Source: Tubiluchus corallicola
Taxonomy: Eukaryota > Animalia > Priapulida
NCBI GenBank assembly: GCA_030141605.1
Contig: JAQGDQ010000345.1
Coordinates: 1-64,000, forward strand
DNA: 64,000 nucleotides
Reading direction: 5' to 3'
Shown one piece after another: positions 10,552-22,300 of this stretch. Under the pieces are notes generated by a model. That model did not search any database. It worked only from the letters and a program-made list of their open reading frames with translations, and was not told the origin of the DNA. The position numbers and the translations under genes are program-made. Position 1 is the stretch's first letter. Every line of letters begins with the position of its first letter.

Positions 10552-13035
10552 ATGAGAACTATTATGTCCAATAAGCAGCAAGGAATTGTAGAAGATCGAT
10601 CATTCACCAGTAAGCACAATAAGGTACGTCTACAACCAAAACGTATCCATCATTCAAAGCCAAAAGGACGACCTCGCATTAACACTGCCAAGTTCGCAGT
10701 TCCTGAGCTAGTAAAACGCTATACTGATACCATGAAAGAAGCCCTCAAGGACCACCCAACCGGTAACGCAGATGAAAGATGGAGTCACATACGCGATGTA
10801 ACTTACAAGTCTGCTCTCAACACCTTCGGAAAAAGAGAGAGAGTGAACCCAGACTGGTTTGAAGCTGGAATCATGGACATTGAGCCAGCTATTTCCCACA
10901 AAAGGACTGCTCTCCTCAGTTACAAAACAAATCCTAGTGAAAGCACACTCGCAGTTCTCAGGAAGGCCAGAAGCGACGTACAGCGGATTGCCCGGCAGTG
11001 CGCAAACAATTACTGGCAGTCTATATGCCTGAGTATCCAAACGTCAGCTGACCGTGGTAATATTCGCGGCATGTATGAGGGAATGAAGAAGGCCTTTGGC
11101 CCCAGTATCACCAAGATTGCCCCTGTGAAGTCCACCACTGGAGAAATCATCACTGACCGTGCCAAACAAATGGAGAGATGGGCAGAACACTACCAAAAGC
11201 TGTTCTCAAGACAAACCACTGTCACAGAAAGAGCTGTGGAATATACGACCCCCTTGCCAGTCATGGAGGAGCTCGACGATCCACCTACCAGTGAGGAGCT
11301 CATCAAAGCTATCGACTCTCTGGCGAGCGGCAAAGCTCCTGGAAGTGATGGTATACCCCCAGAGGCCATTAAAGCAGGTAAACAAACCTGTCTCCTCGAG
11401 CATTTGCACGACCTCCTTTTACAATGCTGGGATGAAGGTACTGTGCCTCAGGACATGCGTGATGCCAACATCATTACCCTTTACAAAAATAAAGGCGATC
11501 GGAGCGATTGCAACAACTATCGCGGAATATCCCTCCTCTCCACCGTGGGAAAGACCTTTGCCCGCGTGCTACTAAACAGACTCCACCGTCTCGCCGAACG
11601 GGTTTACCCAGAAGCACAATGCGGTTTCAGGGCAGAGAGATCCACCATCGACATGATATTCTCTCTAAGACAGCTCCAGGAAAAATGCCGCGAACAACGA
11701 CGGCCCCTGTTTATAGCATTCATTGACTTGACCAAAGCATTTGATTTGGTTAGCAGATCGGGCCTGTTTACACTCCTGCAGAGAATTGGATGCCCCCCAA
11801 AGCTGCTGAGACTGATTACTTCCTTCCACGAGGAAATGAAAGGTACTGTTCAGTCCGACGGCTCTTCCTCACACCCATTCCCAATCAAAAGCGGAGTTAA
11901 ACAAGGATGTGTCCTCGCCCCAACCCTCTTTGGTATCCTGTTCTCTCTGCTGCTGCGCTATGCATTTAAAGAAACTGAAGAGGGAGTCTATTTACACACA
12001 CGAAGCGACGGCAGCCTGTTCAACCTCTCTCGTCTCCGAGCAAAGTCACGGGTTCGCAAAGTTCTCATTCGTGAAATGCTGTTTGCAGATGATGCCGCAC
12101 TGACAGCTCACACTGAAGCCGGCCTCCAAGGCCTCATTGACAACTTTGCCCATGCCTGCAGTGAGTTTGGCCTCACAATCAGCATCCAAAAGACCAAGGT
12201 TTTAGGCCAAAATGTTTCCCCAGCCCCTCACATCTCCATCGATGACTGCTGCCTTGACGTGGTGGAAGATTTCACCTATCTTGGTTCTGTTATTTCCAGC
12301 AATCTTAGCTTGGCCACAGAACTGAACTCCAGAATCGGCAAGGCCTCATCAACGATGGCTCGCTTAACAAAGAGGGTGTGGGAAAACAACATGCTGACTA
12401 TCAGGACAAAGTCCCAGGTGTACCAAGCCTGTGTACTGAGCACACTGTTGTACGGGAGCGAGAGTTGGACTCTGTATAGCCATCAAGAACGCAGGCTCAA
12501 TGCTTTCCACCAACGCTGCCTCAGAAGAATCCTGGGCATCTCATGGCAGGAGCACATAACCAACAAGGATGTGCTAGCAAAAGCTGGAATCCCTAGCATG
12601 TATGCCATACTCACCAACAGACGTCTGCGCTGGCTAGGCCATGTTTCCCGCATGCAGGACGGCAGATTGCCCAAGGACATTCTGTACGGTGAGCTTGCTA
12701 CTGGCTCCCGACCCACCGGGAGGCCACTGCTCCGCTACAAAGATGTATGTAAACGGGACCTCAAGGCAGGCGGCATGACACCAGCAAATTACGAGGCGCT
12801 TGCGGCAGATCGAAGCAACTGGAAATCTGCTGTTAGGACAGCCATTAACAGAGCGGAGAAAACGAGGGAGGAAAAACAAGAGGATAAAAGGACTCGCAGG
12901 CACCAGAAAGATGCCCTACCTCATCCGGATGAAACAGCCTTCCAATGTGTAACCTGCAGCCGGAACTGCCGCTCAAGGATCGGACTGCTCAGTCACAGTC
13001 GACGCTGCAGCTCCATCAATTTTATTAATAACTGA
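10552..13035 (+). CDS. RTE LINE reverse transcriptase ORF (827 aa), lacking the APE endonuclease domain
   Basis: Motifs KAPGSDG, NYRGISLLS, QCGFR, AFIDLTKAFD, GVKQGCVLAPTLF, LFADD, FTYLGS, RWLGHV and a C-terminal CxxC..H...C zinc finger. The first ~23 codons lie upstream of the TSD, in flanking DNA. Confidence 0.92.
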   Translation: MRTIMSNKQQGIVEDRSFTSKHNKVRLQPKRIHHSKPKGRPRINTAKFAVPELVKRYTDTMKEALKDHPTGNADERWSHIRDVTYKSALNTFGKRERVNPDWFEAGIMDIEPAISHKRTALLSYKTNPSESTLAVLRKARSDVQRIARQCANNYWQSICLSIQTSADRGNIRGMYEGMKKAFGPSITKIAPVKSTTGEIITDRAKQMERWAEHYQKLFSRQTTVTERAVEYTTPLPVMEELDDPPTSEELIKAIDSLASGKAPGSDGIPPEAIKAGKQTCLLEHLHDLLLQCWDEGTVPQDMRDANIITLYKNKGDRSDCNNYRGISLLSTVGKTFARVLLNRLHRLAERVYPEAQCGFRAERSTIDMIFSLRQLQEKCREQRRPLFIAFIDLTKAFDLVSRSGLFTLLQRIGCPPKLLRLITSFHEEMKGTVQSDGSSSHPFPIKSGVKQGCVLAPTLFGILFSLLLRYAFKETEEGVYLHTRSDGSLFNLSRLRAKSRVRKVLIREMLFADDAALTAHTEAGLQGLIDNFAHACSEFGLTISIQKTKVLGQNVSPAPHISIDDCCLDVVEDFTYLGSVISSNLSLATELNSRIGKASSTMARLTKRVWENNMLTIRTKSQVYQACVLSTLLYGSESWTLYSHQERRLNAFHQRCLRRILGISWQEHITNKDVLAKAGIPSMYAILTNRRLRWLGHVSRMQDGRLPKDILYGELATGSRPTGRPLLRYKDVCKRDLKAGGMTPANYEALAADRSNWKSAVRTAINRAEKTREEKQEDKRTRRHQKDALPHPDETAFQCVTCSRNCRSRIGLLSHSRRCSSINFINN

Positions 13036-13094
13036 CTCTCTTGGCGCACAATCCATTGTCTTTCGAGACAGAAGGATGCCAACAACAACAACAA
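10621..13094 (+). mobile_element. RTE-clade non-LTR retrotransposon, 5'-truncated, recent insertion
   Basis: 9-bp direct repeat AAGCACAAT at 10612-10620 and 13095-13103 (TSD), an (AAC)n 3' tail, a very short 3' UTR, an uninterrupted RT ORF and a visibly higher GC content than the flanks. Confidence 0.93.
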
Positions 13095-15265
13095 AAGCAC
13101 AATTCACAATTTGCATCGATTAACTCATCCATAGAAATTATGGCCTACACACTAGGTGTTACACTGTAGCTAATCATTTATATTATTCAAGTATTCATAA
13201 CTGATTCTAAAGTAATGGCATTACAGCCAGCTGTTAATTGCACATTTTTTTACCTTTAGCCTGCTTTTTCAGTCCACACAGAGTTAAAGTTTTGTTCCAA
13301 AAGAAGATTTAAAGGAAGCTTACCGTCCTCTTCAGCTGATTATACACATCAGGACGAAGTTGACTAGAATTAGACATACAATTTAATTCTAAAAAATAAC
13401 GCAAAATGCCTGAATATCTGTAATCTCGTAATCTAATATACACACTGTACTATAAAATATTTCTAGTAATACTTCCCCTGTATCGCTGACATTCGCTAAA
13501 TAGTCCGCGTGATCCAGGTAAACCTTGAATTTACAGGTGGCTAGAGAACCGATAGGGACTTTGTAACATAACCTTTGAAACGAGGTGCTTGGATTACAAA
13601 TTCTCTGCCTATACTAAATACAGACGTCGATACCGCGCAAATGATATAATCCTAGCGATTATAAATAATTATTCAGTCTTCACCACCAATCCTATATTTC
13701 AAGTATCAGTTTAAACGTGCTAGAATATTATTATTAAGTGACTGGTATAATTCATCATCCGTAATCACTAGATGGGAATTTTGACAAATTTACTATTGAT
13801 ACCATTTTTACTGATTATGGACACAACTAATTATAAAAAAAATTTAACCTTAATTTTAAGGTAAAGAGTTATTGATAGAGTGAACACACAACTGTAGAGT
13901 TTTTGAATGTAAACTCGACTATGACTATTCAGACTAGCTCATATAGCACTGGATTTGCAATCCGAATGCCTAGTCCAACCTGCTTCAAACAGGGAAATTC
14001 AAGTTTGTGTTCCCACCAGTGTGAAATAAGAAAAAAACAAATTTTGGCAAAATAAGTAATTAGGAAATATGAACAATTTGCCAGTAACAAACGCAAGGCA
14101 GTAAGTGGTTCAGTTGTTATAGTATTGGACTTGGAATCCAAAAGAGCTTAGTGAACTTTTTCATTATTTTCCTTTTTTGCTCATGTTTGGTGTATGTTAA
14201 TTAAACACATGAAAGTTTGTGATACCGTGCATACTTTTATTTTTCAAGTAAATAACATCAAATAATATACATGTAATTATGGTTTCAAAAAACATATCAA
14301 TGAAAATCAATCAATGAGTTTGTACTTTGTACATTATTATTAATAGTATTATTATTATTATTAATGTGTTCATTAATAAGTAAATTAATCGAGTCTCTAC
14401 ATCTGTACAAATAGATGTATTAGATAATTAACTGATGAACTACTTACAAATAAATAGTAATCTGAGATACAACAGTCTAATATAAAGATCTTCAAAAGTT
14501 CATAAAACAATATCCAATCACAAAACTGTGGTGTCAATACTGGTGCACAAAGGGATGAATATGTGAATAACAGTCTATAAAAGTAAATTAAATTACATGA
14601 TACAGTATATTTCAGTTACCCAAGTATGTTTCAGTTGTGTTCAAAACTATTTTTGCCAAAAAAGTAGACAGATACAAACACAGATAATATTTCCCTTGCA
14701 CGATATCACAAATGCGTTTTATACAAAAAGGTTTTGAACTATGGTGAATTGCATAGGCTTAGTATAATCGCTGTATTATAACTAGCATTTAAATTTGTTC
14801 ACCTCCAAAAACTTAAGATAGACTGTGTCCAGGTATCTTAACTCCCATTGCTTTGCCAAAAGTCTCACAATTTTAACTTGTTCTCATAATTTAAGATAGC
14901 CATAAGTGTAATAGCAACTCACTTCAGTCCTAGTTATGAACAATGATGTGTATGAACTAAGAGTATATATTATCATATAACAGTAATAGCTATAAACAAT
15001 AATCGCTATAAGCAATGAGCCTTGACCAGATCTCTTGTTACACTTATTGACTTATTCACAATTTTTATTACAGTATACTGCATAACAATAATTATAATTA
15101 TATGTACATCACATGATGAACAATAATACCATCAGGCAAACTCCTAATCAAAATTTACAAACGTGAAATTATAAAAAACAAGCAACAATTAATACGTTAT
15201 GGAATAGATTTAAATGCTAAATCAATGTAACATATTAGTATTGCCTAGTGATTTAGCCTGGTAGA

Positions 15266-15266
<1 letters not shown>

Positions 15267-15292
<26 letters not shown>
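15267..15292. repeat. (TA)n microsatellite
   Basis: Seen directly. Confidence 0.9.
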
Positions 15293-15297
<5 letters not shown>

Positions 15298-16380
15298 ATG
15301 TATATACAGTAATTATATTACAGAATCCTGATTATCTTCATCATAAGAATAAGACAGTGAGCTTTTTGTAAAAAATATAAGCAGCAGGTAAAAAACTTGT
15401 AAAAGGCTTTGCCAACATTAATGTTTGTGCAGATAAGCAATAAATAAGAGATTCTTCTTTTGCTCAAATTCGTAAGCTCAACAAATAACTGAAAGTAATT
15501 ACACAAAATGTGTGCTCTTGGAGAATGAGATTATTACGATGGAGGTGGTTATGTGCAACTAGATATCTTCTAGTTACGAAAACAGTTATGGTAGGTAGGT
15601 AGTAGGCATTCAGCACGAAAAATGCCACGATATGACTGAACATTGCAAAAATTCCATAAAACTAATTAACAAATCTTCAGAAAATCACATTGTTATATAA
15701 TATCTTGCAGCTTTAGCTCAGTTGTTTGAATTCATAAACAAACAAGTGAAACAGGAACAGGAGTTCTTTAAATAACACTATATGTTGCTTTGAAAATCAT
15801 CCTCAAACTCATCATCATCGTTGTCTTAATCACTATAATCTAGTCAGAAATTAAATGATAGTTTTACCATACCTGTACCTGAGCTACATACGTCTATTTT
15901 GTCACTGACACACTGACCTTTTTTGATACATGCATTTGCAAATTGCATGTACATATTTTCTGGATATGAATGAAAAAGCCGTCCAGTCATATACAAACAT
16001 TGCTAAAAATATTAAAAATTGCACAGCAGTATGAATAACAATGCTACGCCTGATCTACATTTATTTTGTTACTGCTTACCTGAGTTAATTTCCTTCCCTT
16101 TGGATTCATCTTGCTCTAAGTAACTGCATCAACTTAATAACATATACTGGTAAATAGTCTTACATGTGTCAATCAGTAATAAACGTAAATGCAATTTAAA
16201 CATTTGTGACTTTGCACATAACAAAACCTGCAAATATATTAATAGACTAGCATAAGGTCACATAGCAACAACATTACCATCCTTTTCAAAAATCCAGAAA
16301 AAATCTTCTGGTCACTGTTGATGGTGGATGCATTATTTGCAAATCATGTCGCATAAAAGTGGAACACTTCCCCATTCATT

Positions 16381-19300
16381 TTAAGAGTGCTTCTCTTTTA
16401 TTTCTTCGTTGTCTTCACCCAAGAACTGTGCCAACATCAACTTCTGCCCAGGAAACTCCATGTACGACGAAGCATGAAAACACATATTGGCCATACAAAT
16501 GCAATACTCGCATATTGCAAAATAGCTGAAAACTATAGAAGAAAACAAGTTACAATTACTAAAAACAGTACATACAGACCACAAACACACAAGAAAATGT
16601 TAAAGAGCCAAAATGGAAAGTGAATGCTGTAGGAGTGTAGGGCATCATGCTTATCAACCAAGTTAAACTATGTCACCGTTTGTTATAGTAGATAACAAAC
16701 GGTGATGTAGATAATGGTCAAAACCAGGTTTTTTAAGCTGCATATGCAAATAAACCCCCACTATAACATCACCAAATGTTAACCCACAAAGATCATCCTT
16801 CGCATGAACAATCCAATCAAAACTTTTAGAATTGAAGAGCTTAATAAACTACATGCAGTGACACAACATAACAAAAGGACATTAACAGTCATTGATAACA
16901 GTGACTACTTGCCTCTTGGTGTGCAGTACATTCGATGCAGATAAAAGAAGTAACTCATCCCAACAGTTAAAACACAAATTATGGATAAAAGAACAAATTT
17001 TGTGCGAAAAGAAAGCAGCTCCTGAAAAAACAAGGGTTAACATTAATTATTCTGGTGATTAAAAAGATATTAGAGCATATTTGTAAAATGTGTCACTTTC
17101 TTCAACATTTATTGCAGAGCCTCAAATGCATCAAGAATTGGCAAAAAAATTAACATGTGCCAGTGCAGTGCTTGGAATACAAACTCAATTATAAAAACAT
17201 CAGAAATTATGAACTGACAAATTTCTCTTTTCATGGAAAGTGTAAACAAGACACTTAGATCTGATTGTTCTGTAAGCCCCGAGCAGTTTTGTGTGACTGA
17301 CTGACTGACTGACTGACTCCCTTGTGGAATTATATTGCTAAATTTTTTTAAGTACAAGGTTTCTTATTTCTTGTTTCTGCAGTTCATACAGTACTTTGCT
17401 ACTTTTCTAAGTTATGTTGCATGTGGCACTGTTTGAAATCCCAAAAGCTTATACTGCTTTTGGTGAATCAAAATACGTAATGTTTATTTTATTTGTTTTC
17501 AATTAGTGCATATCATAACACAAGTAGATACTAAAAAACTTGAATCATCATTAGGTACATAAAAAAATGAAATAAATGCCTGGACTCATTTTCCGTGTCA
17601 TAGTTTTTACTACTCAAAAGCTTTGTGAAAACACTCAACTCTAGTCTGGTGAACCATATTTCTAGTACTGCATTGTGACACTTTGACAAATTTAACTTTA
17701 CAATAAATCAAAATATTATAATGCAATAATTTAATTTTGACTGTATCTCCATTAGCTCACTCTTCAGTGGACATACATCAACAAAAGACTTGTACAGGAC
17801 GAAGACAGAGAAGGATATTGGTTATCACATTAAAGCCAAACATCAATGCGAAAAAAACATTATTTTTCACTTATTTTTTAATCCTAAGGAAAGTTACCCA
17901 ACTTACAAGTTTATTTATCATCATTACAACCAAAAATTTTGAATTACAGCACAGCATAAAATTACAAAATACAAATTTTTTTAAAAGTATAAGCAAGGTA
18001 GAACATACAGCGACAAGCACTATTGCACTATTACAAGATGCATGAACGAGATAAATTAAAATAAGTCTAAACTTATGTTTGGAAATGAAATTAACCATGT
18101 GAGTGAGATAAAATTGTTCTTGAAACTCTCTGTTCTGCATCTAGGTAAGGCATATTTCAGGAGGTGGCGAGTACTGTATCTATGAGTTTGGGCATCAGGG
18201 GATAGAGTGTGGATTTTATTATTAGGATTTTGAGTTCAAAAGAACAACTTTTTGTAAGAGTTTACGCGACGGTTAAATAAAGGTTTTAAGATTAGCCAAA
18301 ATTAGAGTATTTACAATGAGGGTTTTTGAACAGTTTCTAACAATTCAGAGAGATTTTGGGAAACAGATGAGTGCCACATCTGGCAAGCCTAGTTAATAAC
18401 CTTTGGAGTACATTTTTATCATATAATTAGGAGATGTTCCAGCTCTTTTTATTAGTCACAAAAGATAAATTCTTTTACTGGCTTTAGTGTAAATTGAATG
18501 GACATGGGTGCACACATAAAATAAATCTTTATCTATTTGTACACATAAAAGTTTAACCCAATCAAGTGAAAATTAAAAAAGCAAACGAAAGGTAAGTTAA
18601 AGGAAAGGCAAGGCTAACAGTAAGAGGGTAGATCAAACTGAAAGAAGACAGTAATACCTGAGTAGTCCACGGTGATTTGGAATGAGAAAAATTTAACAAC
18701 AATAATGTTAAGATCATGTACGTCACAGATGATACCATGAATGTTATAAATAACTTCTCATGTGTGGCTGAAATAAATAAAAGAGAAATAATAACAGTAA
18801 TAAACAGGTATTTACTAAGAAAAGATTAATATTTTGTGACCTGACTTAGATCATGAACAGTTTACATGTCATCCTATTACTTAACAGAGCATTAGCTTTA
18901 CAGTTTGAAGTGCACAGCTTTAAATGCAGGTTTTTAGAGATGTTCATATACCACACATGCGACATCAAAGTTAATTGTGCCTATGAAGCTTCTCATTTAT
19001 AAAACTAGATAAAATACTAGTGCTTCATAGAAAACAATTTCATAGCACTCAAGTAATTAATTCTGTTGACTAGGCCGAGTTTCCACTGCGTCCGCACAGA
19101 CATGCACAGACACAGACTTTTCTGTCTGCACGTTTTACGTCCGCAAAAGTTTTTCCATTGGGACCGCACTCATTCCATGCAACGCTTCATGAATAAGCCA
19201 AAATTTTAGCGCGAAATTCTCATGAGACTTTCTAGGACGAAGAAGATTCGCTGTAGACCCGTGGTGGTTAAAGAAAAAGGTAAGTAAGTGATACAGAAAG

Positions 19301-22300
19301 CGACAACATTGTTTTTGGGTTTGCAAATCATGAACACTAAGGCGAATTGCAATAAGTTGTAATGGATGAAGAAAAATGCCTAAGTTATTTCAAAATGCAA
19401 CCTGCAACCTTCTGAATCTTACTTGATTAAATGTTTGGGATTGTATTCCACCTGAACAGCGCCTTGTCGTTACGTTAAGGTAAACAAAGCCAACAACTAA
19501 TTAACTGTACCTTAGCATGAAATAAATACAGTATTTAAAATTTTGATAATTATTATTAAATATGTAATTAATAACTAATTGTAATTAATATTGAGACTTA
19601 CAATAAAAATTTGGATAGGCTACAGTGAATTCAGCAACGAGTGAGTACTAGACAAGCATTCACGAATGTACTTTATTTCTCCTGTTGGTTCAGTGCCCTG
19701 GTAGCAGCAAAGTACTGGTGGTGAAGCGAAACAGTTGCAATTTCAAATGAAATCTTGTGCAAAACTTATTTTGCAAGCGTGCTTTCCAGTGGAATTTAAG
19801 TGTTTTCACTTCAAATAAAAAAGCAGTTTTTATTAAATAACTAATAATGTTTTGAAGCTTATATTTTTTCCATTGTAACAGCACATCTAGGCAAAGACAT
19901 TTTCATGACAAAGTCGATTTACAGTTGCAATACGGTGTGTACAAATATGTACTATAAATTTAAAGAAATGCATGAATCACAGAACCACAAAATCAGACCT
20001 AAATTTACAGAAATGTAAACTTTATAAACTAAAAACTGGATATACTCTACCTCCACTATATTGACTTCAAAGGCTGCTTCGACCCACCGCTGCCTTGTAA
20101 AATCTCTTTGACTGTATTTGGCATTACTTTTGTCGTACAAACCAGGTCTAATCTCTACAGCATGTGCAATTTGTTCATTCTCCATTACGAAAAAGAACTT
20201 GTCCGTCCGCAGGAAAATGGTCGAACAATTAAAATGCGGATCCATGCGAGTACGTGGCTTTCCGTGTGAATGCAGTGGAAATGACAAGGACAATGATTTG
20301 CAAAGGCACGGTGTTGCTTCAATTTTTATCTGTGTGAGTCATACAGAATAAATCCGTGTCTGTGTGAACGCTGTGGAAACGCGGCCTTATAAGTGCTGAT
20401 TTTATTTATGAAACAAAATACCTATGCTAGACAAAATTATAGAAGATACCGTCATTTTATAAGAATAACACCATATTCAGAATTAGCCTACTTGCTTGGC
20501 TAGGAAAAATGATGAACATGACTCTTAAACGCTTTGAGATTTCAAACAATAAAATCAAACTAGCAATACTCACGATAATGATCTAGGTTGGAGATATATG
20601 TCACTCCGATCAAACTGAAGTTTTCGACTACAGTCAACCAATACGTTACAGTGACAACTTTTTTATACAGATCCCTAAATAATGTAACAATAAAACAATA
20701 AATAAGACAGGAACCAGCTCTGAGTCAAGGTATCAAATTCTATAAAAGATCGACACCAAAGAGTAACAAATGACAAACATTCATTAGTGTTAAGTTGTTA
20801 TTTATGGATATGGCGTCCTGGCATATAACAAGTGAGAAAATTCATATCCTAGAATCAACAGAAAAGTATACATGTCACATTGTATACCCTTCACTACTTT
20901 CCTCTCCTTAATGCGATGCTGGCATCTAGATGGCAAGCTTAAATAAAAAGTTCTTTAATGCCACAGCAGTCACTTGCAAAAATTTGCCACAACAGGAGAA
21001 CAAACTTTAATAAAATTTGCCAGCTAGGGCTTTTAATTTTATCATGTTGCACAACTTCTAGCATCAAAAATAGTTTTGTCACAAGGTGCATATATAATCT
21101 GACGAAATTTATTTTCTTTATTTTTTTGTATTGATCTCACAGCAGCTAAATTTACCTTTTGCTTCAGTTTAGTGAAATTGCTGCATATATAATGAAGCAA
21201 TAAATAGTTTTATTTTGCATAACATTGCATTCAATTTGTTCAGTTTTTAGTTTTATGTGATATTTTCTAATGTTGTTTCCTAATTTCCAATCATTATGAT
21301 GGCAACTTTAATAAACAATCTATACAACTATCTATCTGTCTATCTAATCTTCTCAATTTGATGATGGCAGCTAGGCCTAAACACTTCGAAACATGTGAAT
21401 GGTTTAAAAATGAACAACAAGCACAATACAATGTACAAAAATTTAAGCAGTTATATTATACCTATAGTCAAGTGGAATATTTTTCATACTACGCAAGTAG
21501 AAGTAAAAGTAAGCAGAGCATATCACAAGTCTTGGGCCTGCATGAAGTGCTATACTGATTCGCCACACGTATGCCCCAGGTTTTGCACTCGTTATAGCAC
21601 TTATTGAAGGTATGAAATTCTGTACCTGTGAAAAAAGAGTGTTAACTGTAGCACGTCACTTTCTATATTTTTGGATTTAAAAATTCTCAGCGTAACTTAG
21701 ACACACTGTTAGTATTTATAAATGAGAAATCACCAAGTGACTCAACCTCTGAGTTTTAACCTTGTGATTATTTTATAATGAGTTACCAGTAAAGATATAG
21801 AAAAACACATAGACATCTATATTGCTCATATATACTACACATGATGTATATGAAATTAGTCGTTTCAGCTTTGCACAGATTAGTAAAAAGCAATTTGTGC
21901 AACAAATTTGCAGCTGTAAATTAAATTCAACTGTATATATAAATCTAAATGTATAATTGAAATAAAAAAGAAAAAAGCTGAATAATATTTAAAGTTAGTT
22001 ACTATTGAATACTATGAGTGAAGTGGGAACAAGTCAAAATTTAGAGCGATTTGCTCTTGAAAAGGGTACATTTAATCTTACCTGTGTGGGAGAAACTTAA
22101 ATTCTTCATGTAGAAGATGAAAGTTATCAGTTATAGTTTTCTTTAACAGCTTCAGTAACACTTCATTACAAAGAACAGTATAGTCAGGAATCAGATATTC
22201 ATTATTCTTCATACATTTTCCCCTTGGTCTTTCCAAATCAATTTTATGGTAGTTAGCAAACACATGAAAAAAGGTATATTACAGTAGTTCAACACACAAA

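Noticed and set aside
7522-12903. Short ORFs overlapping the NRPS exon and the LINE ORF on opposite strands or other frames
   Set aside because: These are shadow ORFs of real coding sequence.
10552-13035. RT next to an NRPS as a retron, DGR or defence-type system
   Set aside because: It is a eukaryotic RTE LINE with a TSD and (AAC)n tail; the adjacency is explained by insertion.
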